From positions 1-64,000 of IMG/VR virus record IMGVR_UViG_3300042868_007959: 64,000 bases of DNA; one strand, 5' to 3'. The notes beneath the pieces were generated by a model. That model ran no database searches. It was not told where the DNA came from and saw only the letters and a program-made list of their open reading frames with translations. Of this stretch, positions 26,047-34,165 are shown one piece after another; the first letter of the stretch is position 1, and each line of letters begins with the position of its first letter. The translations under genes and the position numbers were made by a program.

Positions 26047-27120
26047 CTAAAATAATCCACTATTTTTTATATAATGATGCCACACATATTGTATTTCTTC
26101 TATATGTAACCCATACATATTTTCACAATATATAGAAAACGCCCTGAAGGAATGTACTGGAAGATGTTGTTGTTTGTTAGGAGTAAGTAGGAGTATATTA
26201 CTAAAGTATGGATATTTAATTTCTCTCTCTTCATAATCTATAATAGTATCATCTATTATATACTGTACAATTTTATCTAAGTATATTTTTTTACTGTCTA
26301 CAGATTCATTCATTGGTTTGGAATTTATCTTATGATTAAATATAACTTTATATTGATCCCATACATATACTGATTCCTCATATGTTAATCCATATGTATC
26401 ATTACAATATTCAGAGAACGCATTAAATAATGGAGATTCAATTGTTGCGTAATATAATGGTGTTGATAAACCCCATTGGGAATTAATATAAGGAAGAAAA
26501 GGATATGTTACTAACTTTTGTTCATAGTCTAGTTCTGTATCATCGATTATATACTGTGATATATTGTCTAGATATTTTTCTTTTCTCTCTACAGATTCAT
26601 TAATAGATCCTTTATCGTCAACAATAGATTTATATTTTTCCCACACATATATAATTTCTTCACCTGTCAATCCATATATATCTTTACAATATTTAAGAAA
26701 AGAATAGTAGTAAGGAGAAGGTATTATAAAGGGTGGAATAATAGGAATGGGATTATATAGATATGGTAGTTTACATAGATTCTTATTGTAATCTATCTCT
26801 GTATCATCTATTATATACTGTACAATCTTATCTAGATATATTTCTTTATTGTCTACGGATTCATTGATAGATCCAGGAAGTTTAATCTTTCTATTAATTT
26901 GAAATAAAAGATTACCATAGACATATAAACAATCATCACTGTTTAAACCATAGTCAAACTCTAATATATCCCATACCGTACTGAAGAATCCATTTGAAAG
27001 AAACTCTACATCATAGGTTCTATTAGATCCATCTAATATCTCTACTGTAGAATGAAGATAATTTATTTTAATATCCTCTAACAAATACTCCACTATCTTA
27101 TTTAAATGTGTTTTATCCAT
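26047..27120 (-). CDS. Four-module polyprotein (INE|SV, MNE|SV)
   Basis: Three junctions, each followed by YLD(K/N)I.QYIIDDT. Confidence 0.85.
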   Translation of the reverse strand: MDKTHLNKIVEYLLEDIKINYLHSTVEILDGSNRTYDVEFLSNGFFSTVWDILEFDYGLNSDDCLYVYGNLLFQINRKIKLPGSINESVDNKEIYLDKIVQYIIDDTEIDYNKNLCKLPYLYNPIPIIPPFIIPSPYYYSFLKYCKDIYGLTGEEIIYVWEKYKSIVDDKGSINESVERKEKYLDNISQYIIDDTELDYEQKLVTYPFLPYINSQWGLSTPLYYATIESPLFNAFSEYCNDTYGLTYEESVYVWDQYKVIFNHKINSKPMNESVDSKKIYLDKIVQYIIDDTIIDYEEREIKYPYFSNILLLTPNKQQHLPVHSFRAFSIYCENMYGLHIEEIQYVWHHYIKNSGLF

Positions 27121-27135
27121 ACCTATAAATATATG

Positions 27136-27198
27136 TTAACGGTTGAATGTAATGTTATCACCATGTTCCCATTCTCCTACTTCTATCTCATCTTCCAT
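27136..27198 (-). CDS. Possible 20-aa acidic peptide (MEDEIEVGEWEHGDNITFNR)
   Basis: Manual translation; TATTTAT motifs immediately upstream. Confidence 0.3.
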   Translation of the reverse strand: MEDEIEVGEWEHGDNITFNR

Positions 27199-27215
27199 AT
27201 AAATAAATATACGTA

Positions 27216-27410
27216 GTGGTAAAAAGTGGTAAGGTTCTAGTTTTGTTAATAACTTTTTTATCGAAATAGTTGATTTTTACATATTTTTTCCGTATATTTG
27301 TATATAGGTTTTTGAAAATTTCAGAAATATTATAGGGAGAATTAACGCACTACGCAATGTTATTTTACCCTTTCTCTTTAAACCTTATTCAATTTCCCAC
27401 TTTTTACCAC
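27216..27410. repeat. 14-bp perfect inverted repeat flanking a promoter
   Basis: GTGGTAAAAAGTGG (27216-27229) and CCACTTTTTACCAC (27397-27410). Confidence 0.85.
27270..27300 (+). promoter_or_regulatory. Bacteroidota-type promoter inside the inverted repeat
   Basis: TTGA-N19-TATATTTG. Confidence 0.7.
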
Positions 27411-27588
27411 ATTAAACATCGATTATAAAATATAGTCTATTTTAATGAGGCAAACACATTTCTACGTATAGGTACAGTTTATAGAATTAATTGTGGGGGT
27501 TTCTGGTACACTCTAATAAACTATCTTTTAAGAAATATCTTCCTATACCATACAGATGTCATAGTGTCTCAGACGGTCTTAAATTCAT

Positions 27589-27639
27589 TATTAGGTTGTA
27601 GACTTATATTGTATGAATATTAGGTTGTAGACTTATATT
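27589..27639. repeat. 22-bp direct repeat, two copies with a 7-bp spacer
   Basis: TATTAGGTTGTAGACTTATATT at 27589-27610 and 27618-27639. Confidence 0.85.
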
Positions 27640-28373
27640 ATTTTATCTCTTTTAACATACCTATTAATATATGAACATAGTGGTTGTATATTACTATGGT
27701 GATTTAGTTTTATAATATCTTCTTCACACTTACCTGATGATAATGGAATTATATGATCCAAATCCCATCCATAGTTTTTAGTTTTATGATCACATAAACC
27801 ATAGTTATTCCAGTTCATCCATTCTTCCCATTGTGATTCCATATATAATTTAAATTCTTCGTATGTGCAACCTAATATCTTATATGTTTTAGATTTTTTT
27901 GTATACCCATTTTTTTTTAGGGTTACATTAATTCTATTACGAATTGAGTTAGTCAGTTTATATATAGTATTTTGATTATATCTTTGTCTACGATACCCTT
28001 GTAACCTTTCTTTATGTTTTTCCCTATATTCTTTATTTTTTATAGATAGTATTTCTTTATTTTTTTCAGTATATATTTTGTCATATTCTTTTTTCTTATC
28101 TTTAATAATTTCTTTATTTTTTTCTAAATATAACTTCCTCTTTTCTTTGTAATTTTTACTATAATATAGTTTAGAATATTCATTTGTTTTTAATCTATTT
28201 TTTTCTTTATTTTTTTCTCTATATTCTTTTTTATGGAGATATAATCTTTCTTTATTTTTTTCACTATAAAGTTTTTGGTATTCCTTTAAACATAACTTAC
28301 ATTTAGTTCTACCTTTAGGAAATTCAGTTAATTCTTTTTCTTCCTTACATTTGGTACATACTTTCTTTTCCAT
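27633..28373 (-). CDS. HNH / endonuclease VII-like homing endonuclease
   Basis: N-terminal CTKC..CKLC; LGCTYEEFK..MNWNNYG..WDLDHIIPLS..HHSNIQPL. Confidence 0.8.
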   Translation of the reverse strand: MEKKVCTKCKEEKELTEFPKGRTKCKLCLKEYQKLYSEKNKERLYLHKKEYREKNKEKNRLKTNEYSKLYYSKNYKEKRKLYLEKNKEIIKDKKKEYDKIYTEKNKEILSIKNKEYREKHKERLQGYRRQRYNQNTIYKLTNSIRNRINVTLKKNGYTKKSKTYKILGCTYEEFKLYMESQWEEWMNWNNYGLCDHKTKNYGWDLDHIIPLSSGKCEEDIIKLNHHSNIQPLCSYINRYVKRDKII

Positions 28374-28403
28374 ATAAAAATGTCAAAAACGTTTGATAAC
28401 CCT

Positions 28404-29117
28404 TTATATTATTTCCTTTCTATTTTTACCTCTTTGTTTACCATCGTGTCTGTATCTTTGATGTCTACTTTTTATATCTACCCTCCAACAGAAACCTCCC
28501 GCAGTCATACGTTCACCTTTATCAACCTTACAAATATTACCTGTCGTAGTGTTATTTTCTTTTGCCGCATCACTTATTGATTCATATGTCTTTATTATAT
28601 TGCCAAAGATATCCAACTTATGAACCCTTACAATTCTATTTTTATTTACATTTATAATGGTTTTTTCCTTTTTTAATACCTCATACCTGTGATGTTGATT
28701 ATATGTATTATCACACCATTCCAAATTTCCTACCCTATTATCATCTGTTATACCATTAATATGATTAATTTGTGGTAAATTATTGGGATTCGGTATAAAT
28801 GATTTGGCAACCTCTCTGTGTACCAATACTGATAATCTTTTTACTTTCGATGTTGTACACATATCATCATTGTAACTTAGATGAATCGATACATAGTTCT
28901 TTTTATTTAATGTACCAACAAGAATACCTTCATCAATTTTAATTAATGTTTGTTTGTATGGTTTACTAGTTTTTTTACTTATTCTGTTGGATACGGTATA
29001 CCCCTCCAAACGTTTAACCCTACCCATGTTTGATACGTAAAAGGTGTTCTCATGACCCACCATCGGTTTCCATACTTCACCTTCAATATTCTTTAAATCT
29101 TTATTTCTGTGTACCAT
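28404..29117 (-). CDS. NUMOD4-HNH-NUMOD1 homing endonuclease
   Basis: EVWKPMVG..YVSNMGRVK; VHREVA..FIPNP..QINHINGITDDNRVGNLEWC; YESISDAA. Confidence 0.9.
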   Translation of the reverse strand: MVHRNKDLKNIEGEVWKPMVGHENTFYVSNMGRVKRLEGYTVSNRISKKTSKPYKQTLIKIDEGILVGTLNKKNYVSIHLSYNDDMCTTSKVKRLSVLVHREVAKSFIPNPNNLPQINHINGITDDNRVGNLEWCDNTYNQHHRYEVLKKEKTIINVNKNRIVRVHKLDIFGNIIKTYESISDAAKENNTTTGNICKVDKGERMTAGGFCWRVDIKSRHQRYRHDGKQRGKNRKEII

Positions 29118-29135
29118 AATAAAACTATTATACCA

Positions 29136-29143
29136 CAAATATA
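29136..29143 (-). promoter_or_regulatory. -7 element upstream of the NUMOD4-HNH gene
   Basis: TATATTTG. Confidence 0.65.
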
Positions 29144-29213
29144 ATAAAATAATTCATATAAACAAAAAAAACCCCATATTTCTATAGAGGTTCTAATATT
29201 AGTTATTGTAGAT

Positions 29214-29420
29214 TCATATAAATTTTCTATTCGATATATTATGTACCTTCTTAACTTTAGAATAAGATCTAACACCTTGTTTCCTAATCTTTATCATCTT
29301 ATTTTTCATAATCAGATCCTGTTTAATCATCCCATCGTTTTGGAGTTTCATATTCCTTTCATGTAGACTATAATTAACCGAACAAGAAACTAATAGTATA
29401 AGTATTATTATAAATTTCAT
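29214..29420 (-). CDS. Small putative lipoprotein
   Basis: MKFIIILILLVSC lipobox-like signal. Confidence 0.6.
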   Translation of the reverse strand: MKFIIILILLVSCSVNYSLHERNMKLQNDGMIKQDLIMKNKMIKIRKQGVRSYSKVKKVHNISNRKFI

Positions 29421-29429
29421 ATATATTCT

Positions 29430-29798
29430 CTATTTCATTACTATATGTTTACCACAATTCTTTAATTCTTCCACATAGGTTAATAACTCTTCTACTGTCT
29501 CAAAGATCACTTCATTCTTTTCCCCACTATTAGAGACAATTACACAATAAGGTTTATAATAAAATGTTTCATCCTCTATGTATTTTTCTGTTGATCTTTT
29601 ATTATACTCTTCTATGGTTCCCCAGTATTCGTCATCCCATTTTCCATATACACCATAAAATTTTTCATACTTAGGGAATATCCCATATCTGGTACCTACT
29701 TTTATTGAACCGTTTCTTACGGATAAACCTATATCCCACACTTCTGTCTTTGTGTGGACATATATTTCTGATATATTATCAGTGAACAATATTTTCAT
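29430..29798 (-). CDS. Hypothetical protein (early-type operon)
   Basis: ORF track; tightly packed operon. Confidence 0.75.
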   Translation of the reverse strand: MKILFTDNISEIYVHTKTEVWDIGLSVRNGSIKVGTRYGIFPKYEKFYGVYGKWDDEYWGTIEEYNKRSTEKYIEDETFYYKPYCVIVSNSGEKNEVIFETVEELLTYVEELKNCGKHIVMK

Positions 29799-29804
29799 AA
29801 TTTA

Positions 29805-30005
29805 TTATTTATTTAATTCTTTACGTTCCTCAATTAAATTCTCTATTTCTTCTATGGGTAGAGTTAATATTAATTGTCTTAACATTTGATATTCCATCCC
29901 AACTTGTTTTAATATATACTCCATCGTTTCCCCATCAACCTCTACCTTCTTTAACTCTTGTATGATGTCATAAATGGTGGTGAAATTTTCTTTTAATACT
30001 GTCAT
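29805..30005 (-). CDS. Hypothetical protein
   Basis: ORF track. Confidence 0.7.
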   Translation of the reverse strand: MTVLKENFTTIYDIIQELKKVEVDGETMEYILKQVGMEYQMLRQLILTLPIEEIENLIEERKELNK

Positions 30006-30014
30006 AATCTTATT

Positions 30015-30236
30015 TTAATTATGTTTAGTTATATCTAACAGATAATTTAAATCCATTTTTAATGAATCTCTACCCATTTGTAATAAATGATTCTTTATTC
30101 CCGTAATTGGATCGGTATCGTAATAAACTGTTGTTGCCTGACCATTGATACCTTTAATACAAAAATACTTATCATTAACGTTATACGTTTCTAAATTAAA
30201 CAGTTCAACTAAGTGTAATATTTCCTCTTTATTCAT
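30015..30236 (-). CDS. Hypothetical protein
   Basis: ORF track. Confidence 0.7.
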   Translation of the reverse strand: MNKEEILHLVELFNLETYNVNDKYFCIKGINGQATTVYYDTDPITGIKNHLLQMGRDSLKMDLNYLLDITKHN

Positions 30237-30443
30237 AACTTACTATTTTTGTTTATTATATTATTTATTTCTTTTTAATGGTTCCTTCTTAAATGAGTAT
30301 CCAGTTATGTCAGTATACCTCAGTAACTCTTTATCTCCTTCGATATCTATACTACCATTACCAATTCTAACCATAACGATTTTAAACCCCAATTTATTTG
30401 AGAACCATTTAATTAATCTTACATTTAATCTTTTCATACTTTA

Positions 30444-30698
30444 TTATCTACCTATTTTATTAAAGTCTTCGGGAGTTAATTCCTCCATCCTTTTGTCTTT
30501 CCAATTAGTCCCAATAACGGCAAGTGCTTGTCCCATATCAAAACCAGTTTCAGAATAACAGAATAATTCTTCACCATCATCACCAAATACATGAGTTATA
30601 TCTACTGTATCGTGAGACCAAACGTACAACCATTTTTCTTCAGTTGACCCATAAGGTCCTTCAGATTCATATTTTATTTTCCTATACTGACTACTCAT
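30444..30698 (-). CDS. Hypothetical protein
   Basis: ORF track. Confidence 0.7.
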   Translation of the reverse strand: MSSQYRKIKYESEGPYGSTEEKWLYVWSHDTVDITHVFGDDGEELFCYSETGFDMGQALAVIGTNWKDKRMEELTPEDFNKIGR

Positions 30699-30704
30699 CT
30701 TTAT

Positions 30705-31079
30705 TTATTTAAAGTAATTTATATGTCTTTTAGATATTGGATGTTCATTACCTTTTGAATCCCTAACCATATACAACCCTGATTTGGTTTTTCTCATAAT
30801 GGTAAAAATTTCTTCATTTCTATAACTTCTCCAAGGTTGTGACATTCTTAAATCTCTCCCAAAATCAATTGTCGTTTCTTTTCCTATGTATTCTTCTTCA
30901 CTTACATATTCTGATTTAAGTTCATCACCAACTTCTTTTTTCCAAAGTTGTTTCATCCTTCCACGAGAAAGGAAATCACACATTGTTTCCCACCAGTTAA
31001 TATAACCTTTTTTAGGATGAACGTCTTCTTTCCAACGACCTGTTCCTTTTAATTTCTTTTCTCTTCCGTAAGGTTTCAT
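30705..31079 (-). CDS. Hypothetical protein
   Basis: ORF track. Confidence 0.7.
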   Translation of the reverse strand: MKPYGREKKLKGTGRWKEDVHPKKGYINWWETMCDFLSRGRMKQLWKKEVGDELKSEYVSEEEYIGKETTIDFGRDLRMSQPWRSYRNEEIFTIMRKTKSGLYMVRDSKGNEHPISKRHINYFK

Positions 31080-31145
31080 TATATTTAATCTTCTATACCA
31101 TTATCTAAAATGTCCTGTAATAAATCTGTGTATTGTTTGTCTAAT

Positions 31146-31352
31146 TTATTCATCTGTTCCTAAGTTTTTTAATCCTTCAATAACTTCCTTATTAAACTCT
31201 AAGGCAAAATCTCTTTCTATCATGTTAATAAGTGCTTGTTCAGCATCTAGTTTACCTTCAACAGTTGCCATTTCAACACAATCATCATCCGTTTTCTCAC
31301 TCCAAAACATCATATGTTTGAGTAAATCATTCCCATCAATTTTAATATTCAT
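31146..31352 (-). CDS. Hypothetical protein
   Basis: ORF track. Confidence 0.7.
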   Translation of the reverse strand: MNIKIDGNDLLKHMMFWSEKTDDDCVEMATVEGKLDAEQALINMIERDFALEFNKEVIEGLKNLGTDE

Positions 31353-31845
31353 AACTTTCTAATTTAATCATTGCAAAATATTCAAAATCTGATATAGTGA
31401 ATTCTTCTATCCTACCAGGTGTTGATTTTAGATATTCAACAATCACCTTATTTTCAGTTATATCATTTACAACTATCTCAACAGGAGTTGACCCTAAATC
31501 TAAAGTAAATTTTTTTCCAATTAGTTGTTCTTTACCATAATGCTCCAATTGATTTTCGTTGAAGATATGTAATAATCCGTATTCATCCATTTCACCAATC
31601 ACCCTGATGTCACCAGCAATTGTTTCAAATACACCTACAATTGTACAAGGAAATTTATAACCTTTTGGTTTGTGAGTCTTGTCTCCCACTTTAAATTTTG
31701 TTTCAGTTTGATTAATGATACCTTTGAGTCGTTTAATTTCCTCAATTACATCATCACCCAATTCAATCTTAGACATCATTGTTAGGTCTACCACTTGAGA
31801 GTATAATACTTTAATTAACTCGTCTTTTGCTTCTTCTTTATTCAT
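31342..31845 (-). CDS. Multidomain protein with a central DfrB/R67-like SH3 domain
   Basis: FKVGDKTHKPKGYKFPCTIVGVF..IGE..LHIFNENQLE aligns by eye with R67 FGMGDRVRKKSG..GQIVGWY..VQIYPVAALE. Confidence 0.5.
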   Translation of the reverse strand: MNKEEAKDELIKVLYSQVVDLTMMSKIELGDDVIEEIKRLKGIINQTETKFKVGDKTHKPKGYKFPCTIVGVFETIAGDIRVIGEMDEYGLLHIFNENQLEHYGKEQLIGKKFTLDLGSTPVEIVVNDITENKVIVEYLKSTPGRIEEFTISDFEYFAMIKLESYEY

Positions 31846-32218
31846 AACTTTCAATTGTTTTATCGTTGTATGTTATTGTGATTAGTTTGGTTGGGGTATT
31901 CCATTCATTATTCATTCTCCATTCTATGTCTTCAAGGTTGATAGTACGATTCCATGAATAATCCCATTTTTCTTTACATAAACCCATTCTCGCTACCAAA
32001 CTCAGTTCTCGTTCCTCAATCTTTAGTCCCCACTTTTCAGAGAATGTTTTATCGTAAGTACATAAACCAACAAACATTTCTTTGTCGGGTTTTCTGTAGG
32101 TTTTTTTACCATCCAATCGTGCAACTAAAAGACACATCCCAATAGAATTATCCTTTTCATATTCCTTTGAATAATTCTCATATGCTTTATTCAATAAATC
32201 TTGTTGTTCTTTACTCAT
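31838..32218 (-). CDS. Hypothetical protein
   Basis: ORF track. Confidence 0.7.
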   Translation of the reverse strand: MSKEQQDLLNKAYENYSKEYEKDNSIGMCLLVARLDGKKTYRKPDKEMFVGLCTYDKTFSEKWGLKIEERELSLVARMGLCKEKWDYSWNRTINLEDIEWRMNNEWNTPTKLITITYNDKTIESYE

Positions 32219-32224
32219 AACTTT

Positions 32225-32461
32225 CTATTGTTTGTTTCCAAAGTGTGATATATCGTATGATATCTTTTCTTTTTCTTCAACCGTGTTGTCACTTTTAATT
32301 TCACCAATTGCTCTTGATGAAACCCACACCGTTTGTTTTTGATTAAGTATTTCGTTCACCTTTTTTGAGGCGTCGCTATCATTAAATTGAATGGTCTTTC
32401 CTTCATCTGTTGTGTATCCAACAATCTCACCATTATATTCTACAGGGATTTCTTTATTCAT
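32225..32461 (-). CDS. Hypothetical protein
   Basis: ORF track. Confidence 0.7.
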   Translation of the reverse strand: MNKEIPVEYNGEIVGYTTDEGKTIQFNDSDASKKVNEILNQKQTVWVSSRAIGEIKSDNTVEEKEKISYDISHFGNKQ

Positions 32462-32607
32462 CTTTGTTTTGTTTTTTTATTTTTAATGATTCAACACCCA
32501 CAACGTCATCTTCTTTTAATCCGTGTAAATGTAAAGGAATTTTAAGAGATCTAAATAAATTTTGTTGTAAGTATTCAATATCTTCAATTTCTTCTTTTGT
32601 TAATTCT

Positions 32608-32892
32608 TCACTCATCTTCATCTTTGTTTAGTAATTTACGACCTTCTTCCCATATTGGTGATCCACACATATAAGGATGTTCAATAACATCTTCAAGAAA
32701 TTCCTCAAGTTCTTTTATTCTATTATCCTTTTCTTCTTTATTTAATCTCCTTTCAATTATGGATTCAAGTTCTGTTGATATTTCATTTTCAATGTCATCA
32801 CCCAAATTATCCCACCAATCATCGAATCCCCATCTAACATAAAGAACATCAAGTATCTCTAAAACACATTTTTTGATTTCTAATTTACTCAT
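32608..32892 (-). CDS. Hypothetical acidic protein
   Basis: ORF track. Confidence 0.7.
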   Translation of the reverse strand: MSKLEIKKCVLEILDVLYVRWGFDDWWDNLGDDIENEISTELESIIERRLNKEEKDNRIKELEEFLEDVIEHPYMCGSPIWEEGRKLLNKDEDE

Positions 32893-33107
32893 CTTGATAT
32901 TATCTTACATTTATCTTTACTAATGTCGTGTGATTTTTCACCAACCTTTACTCTATAATAGGAACCATAAAAATTTGACCAATCTTTAACAACCTCAAAC
33001 TGTTCACCTTGTTTAAATTTTTTCTCCACAAGTCCAGATCTATAGTAATTCAATAATTCGTGAAGGTAATGTTCACACAAACAATCTTTTGTTACCTCTA
33101 TTGTCAT
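32889..33107 (-). CDS. Hypothetical protein
   Basis: ORF track; ATGA overlap. Confidence 0.7.
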   Translation of the reverse strand: MTIEVTKDCLCEHYLHELLNYYRSGLVEKKFKQGEQFEVVKDWSNFYGSYYRVKVGEKSHDISKDKCKIISR

Positions 33108-33108
33108 T

Positions 33109-33273
33109 TTAATTTTGTTTTTCGTATATATTTCTATTTTGTTCCATCTTACTAAAACCTAGTATCTGATGTTCAGTTACATTGATAACCCATTCCTCAA
33201 AATACTTATGATACTTTTTGTGGTTATCTTTATAAAATACTTCTTCTAACCAAACATAAAGTTCTGGTGTCAT
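33109..33273 (-). CDS. Small hypothetical protein (54 aa), first gene of the operon
   Basis: Manual translation MTPELYVWLEEVFYK...; consensus promoter at 33299-33330. Confidence 0.65.
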   Translation of the reverse strand: MTPELYVWLEEVFYKDNHKKYHKYFEEWVINVTEHQILGFSKMEQNRNIYEKQN

Positions 33274-33298
33274 ACTATCAGTTTAATAAAATAATAAA

Positions 33299-33330
33299 CA
33301 AATATATGATTTTTATAACACATAATCAAA
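33299..33330 (-). promoter_or_regulatory. Bacteroidota primary-sigma promoter for the 33273-29214 operon
   Basis: TTTG-N20-TATATTTG. Confidence 0.85.
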
Positions 33331-33343
33331 TATTTTTAAAATA

Positions 33344-33370
33344 AAAAACCCCTATATTTCTATAGAGGGT
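33344..33370 (-). terminator. Intrinsic terminator; related copy near 29164-29192
   Basis: ACCCCTATATTTCTATAGAGGGT with U-tract on the minus strand. Confidence 0.6.
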
Positions 33371-33402
33371 ATTATAATATTTCTTGTTATATCTAAAAAA
33401 AT

Positions 33403-34164
33403 CTATATGTATTGTTCAAAAATTTTATTATAATGCTCATAACCTACAATATTTTTATTTCTAATAATTTTAATTTCATTTAAATTATATCTCCACTCAG
33501 GTTCAACTATTCTAGGTTTTGCACCGTGAAAGTGTATTATTTTTGAATTTTCATTTATCCCCCAATACGGTTTCCAATTATATTCCAATGGTAATTTACC
33601 GATATTTCCTTTATATATATCATTGTACATTGTTTGATCCCAAACCGATAAACTATCAAAATTAGTGTTAATATAGTTTAATATTTTTTCATCGTCAATT
33701 AAGAATGATTTAACATTGAATAACATTACACCCGCATTAATATAAGACCAATTATTAACATCAAATTCTGGACACGCAGAGAAATATTTTGGTTTAATAG
33801 TATTGATATCGGAATAATCTCCTTTTTGGAAAATAACATCGTAATCAGTATAAAGACAAAATTCATCATCATAACCTAATTTACTTAATAAAAATGGGAT
33901 TTCAGTCCTTAAAAACGTTCCTGATGAAATAGTTAATGAACCTTCTTTTTTTGTTCTTTCCGAATTAACAAATGTATCATAACATCTATGTCTATGTTCG
34001 ATAATAGTTACACCATCAGGTAAATCTAACTCCTCCTTCTTCCCATCAAAAATAACAAACACTTCGAAATCTGTATTTTGTAGTGCAGAATTAACTGAAT
34101 GTTTAAGTAATTTTATATTGTCTGTCTTACATGTATCACTATTTGTTGCTAAAAACAATTTCAT
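33403..34164 (-). CDS. Glycosyltransferase family 8
   Basis: TFLR..IP, LYTDYDVIF (DxD), NAGVMLFN, DQTMYN, IIHFHGAKP. Confidence 0.9.
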   Translation of the reverse strand: MKLFLATNSDTCKTDNIKLLKHSVNSALQNTDFEVFVIFDGKKEELDLPDGVTIIEHRHRCYDTFVNSERTKKEGSLTISSGTFLRTEIPFLLSKLGYDDEFCLYTDYDVIFQKGDYSDINTIKPKYFSACPEFDVNNWSYINAGVMLFNVKSFLIDDEKILNYINTNFDSLSVWDQTMYNDIYKGNIGKLPLEYNWKPYWGINENSKIIHFHGAKPRIVEPEWRYNLNEIKIIRNKNIVGYEHYNKIFEQYI

Positions 34165-34165
34165 A

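Noticed and set aside
21384-27120. CRISPR array or DGR suggested by recurring 26-35 nt repeats with variable spacers
   Set aside because: The repeats are in-frame coding junctions about 250-370 nt apart and not identical; no cas or reverse transcriptase gene and no adenine-specific TR/VR pair was seen
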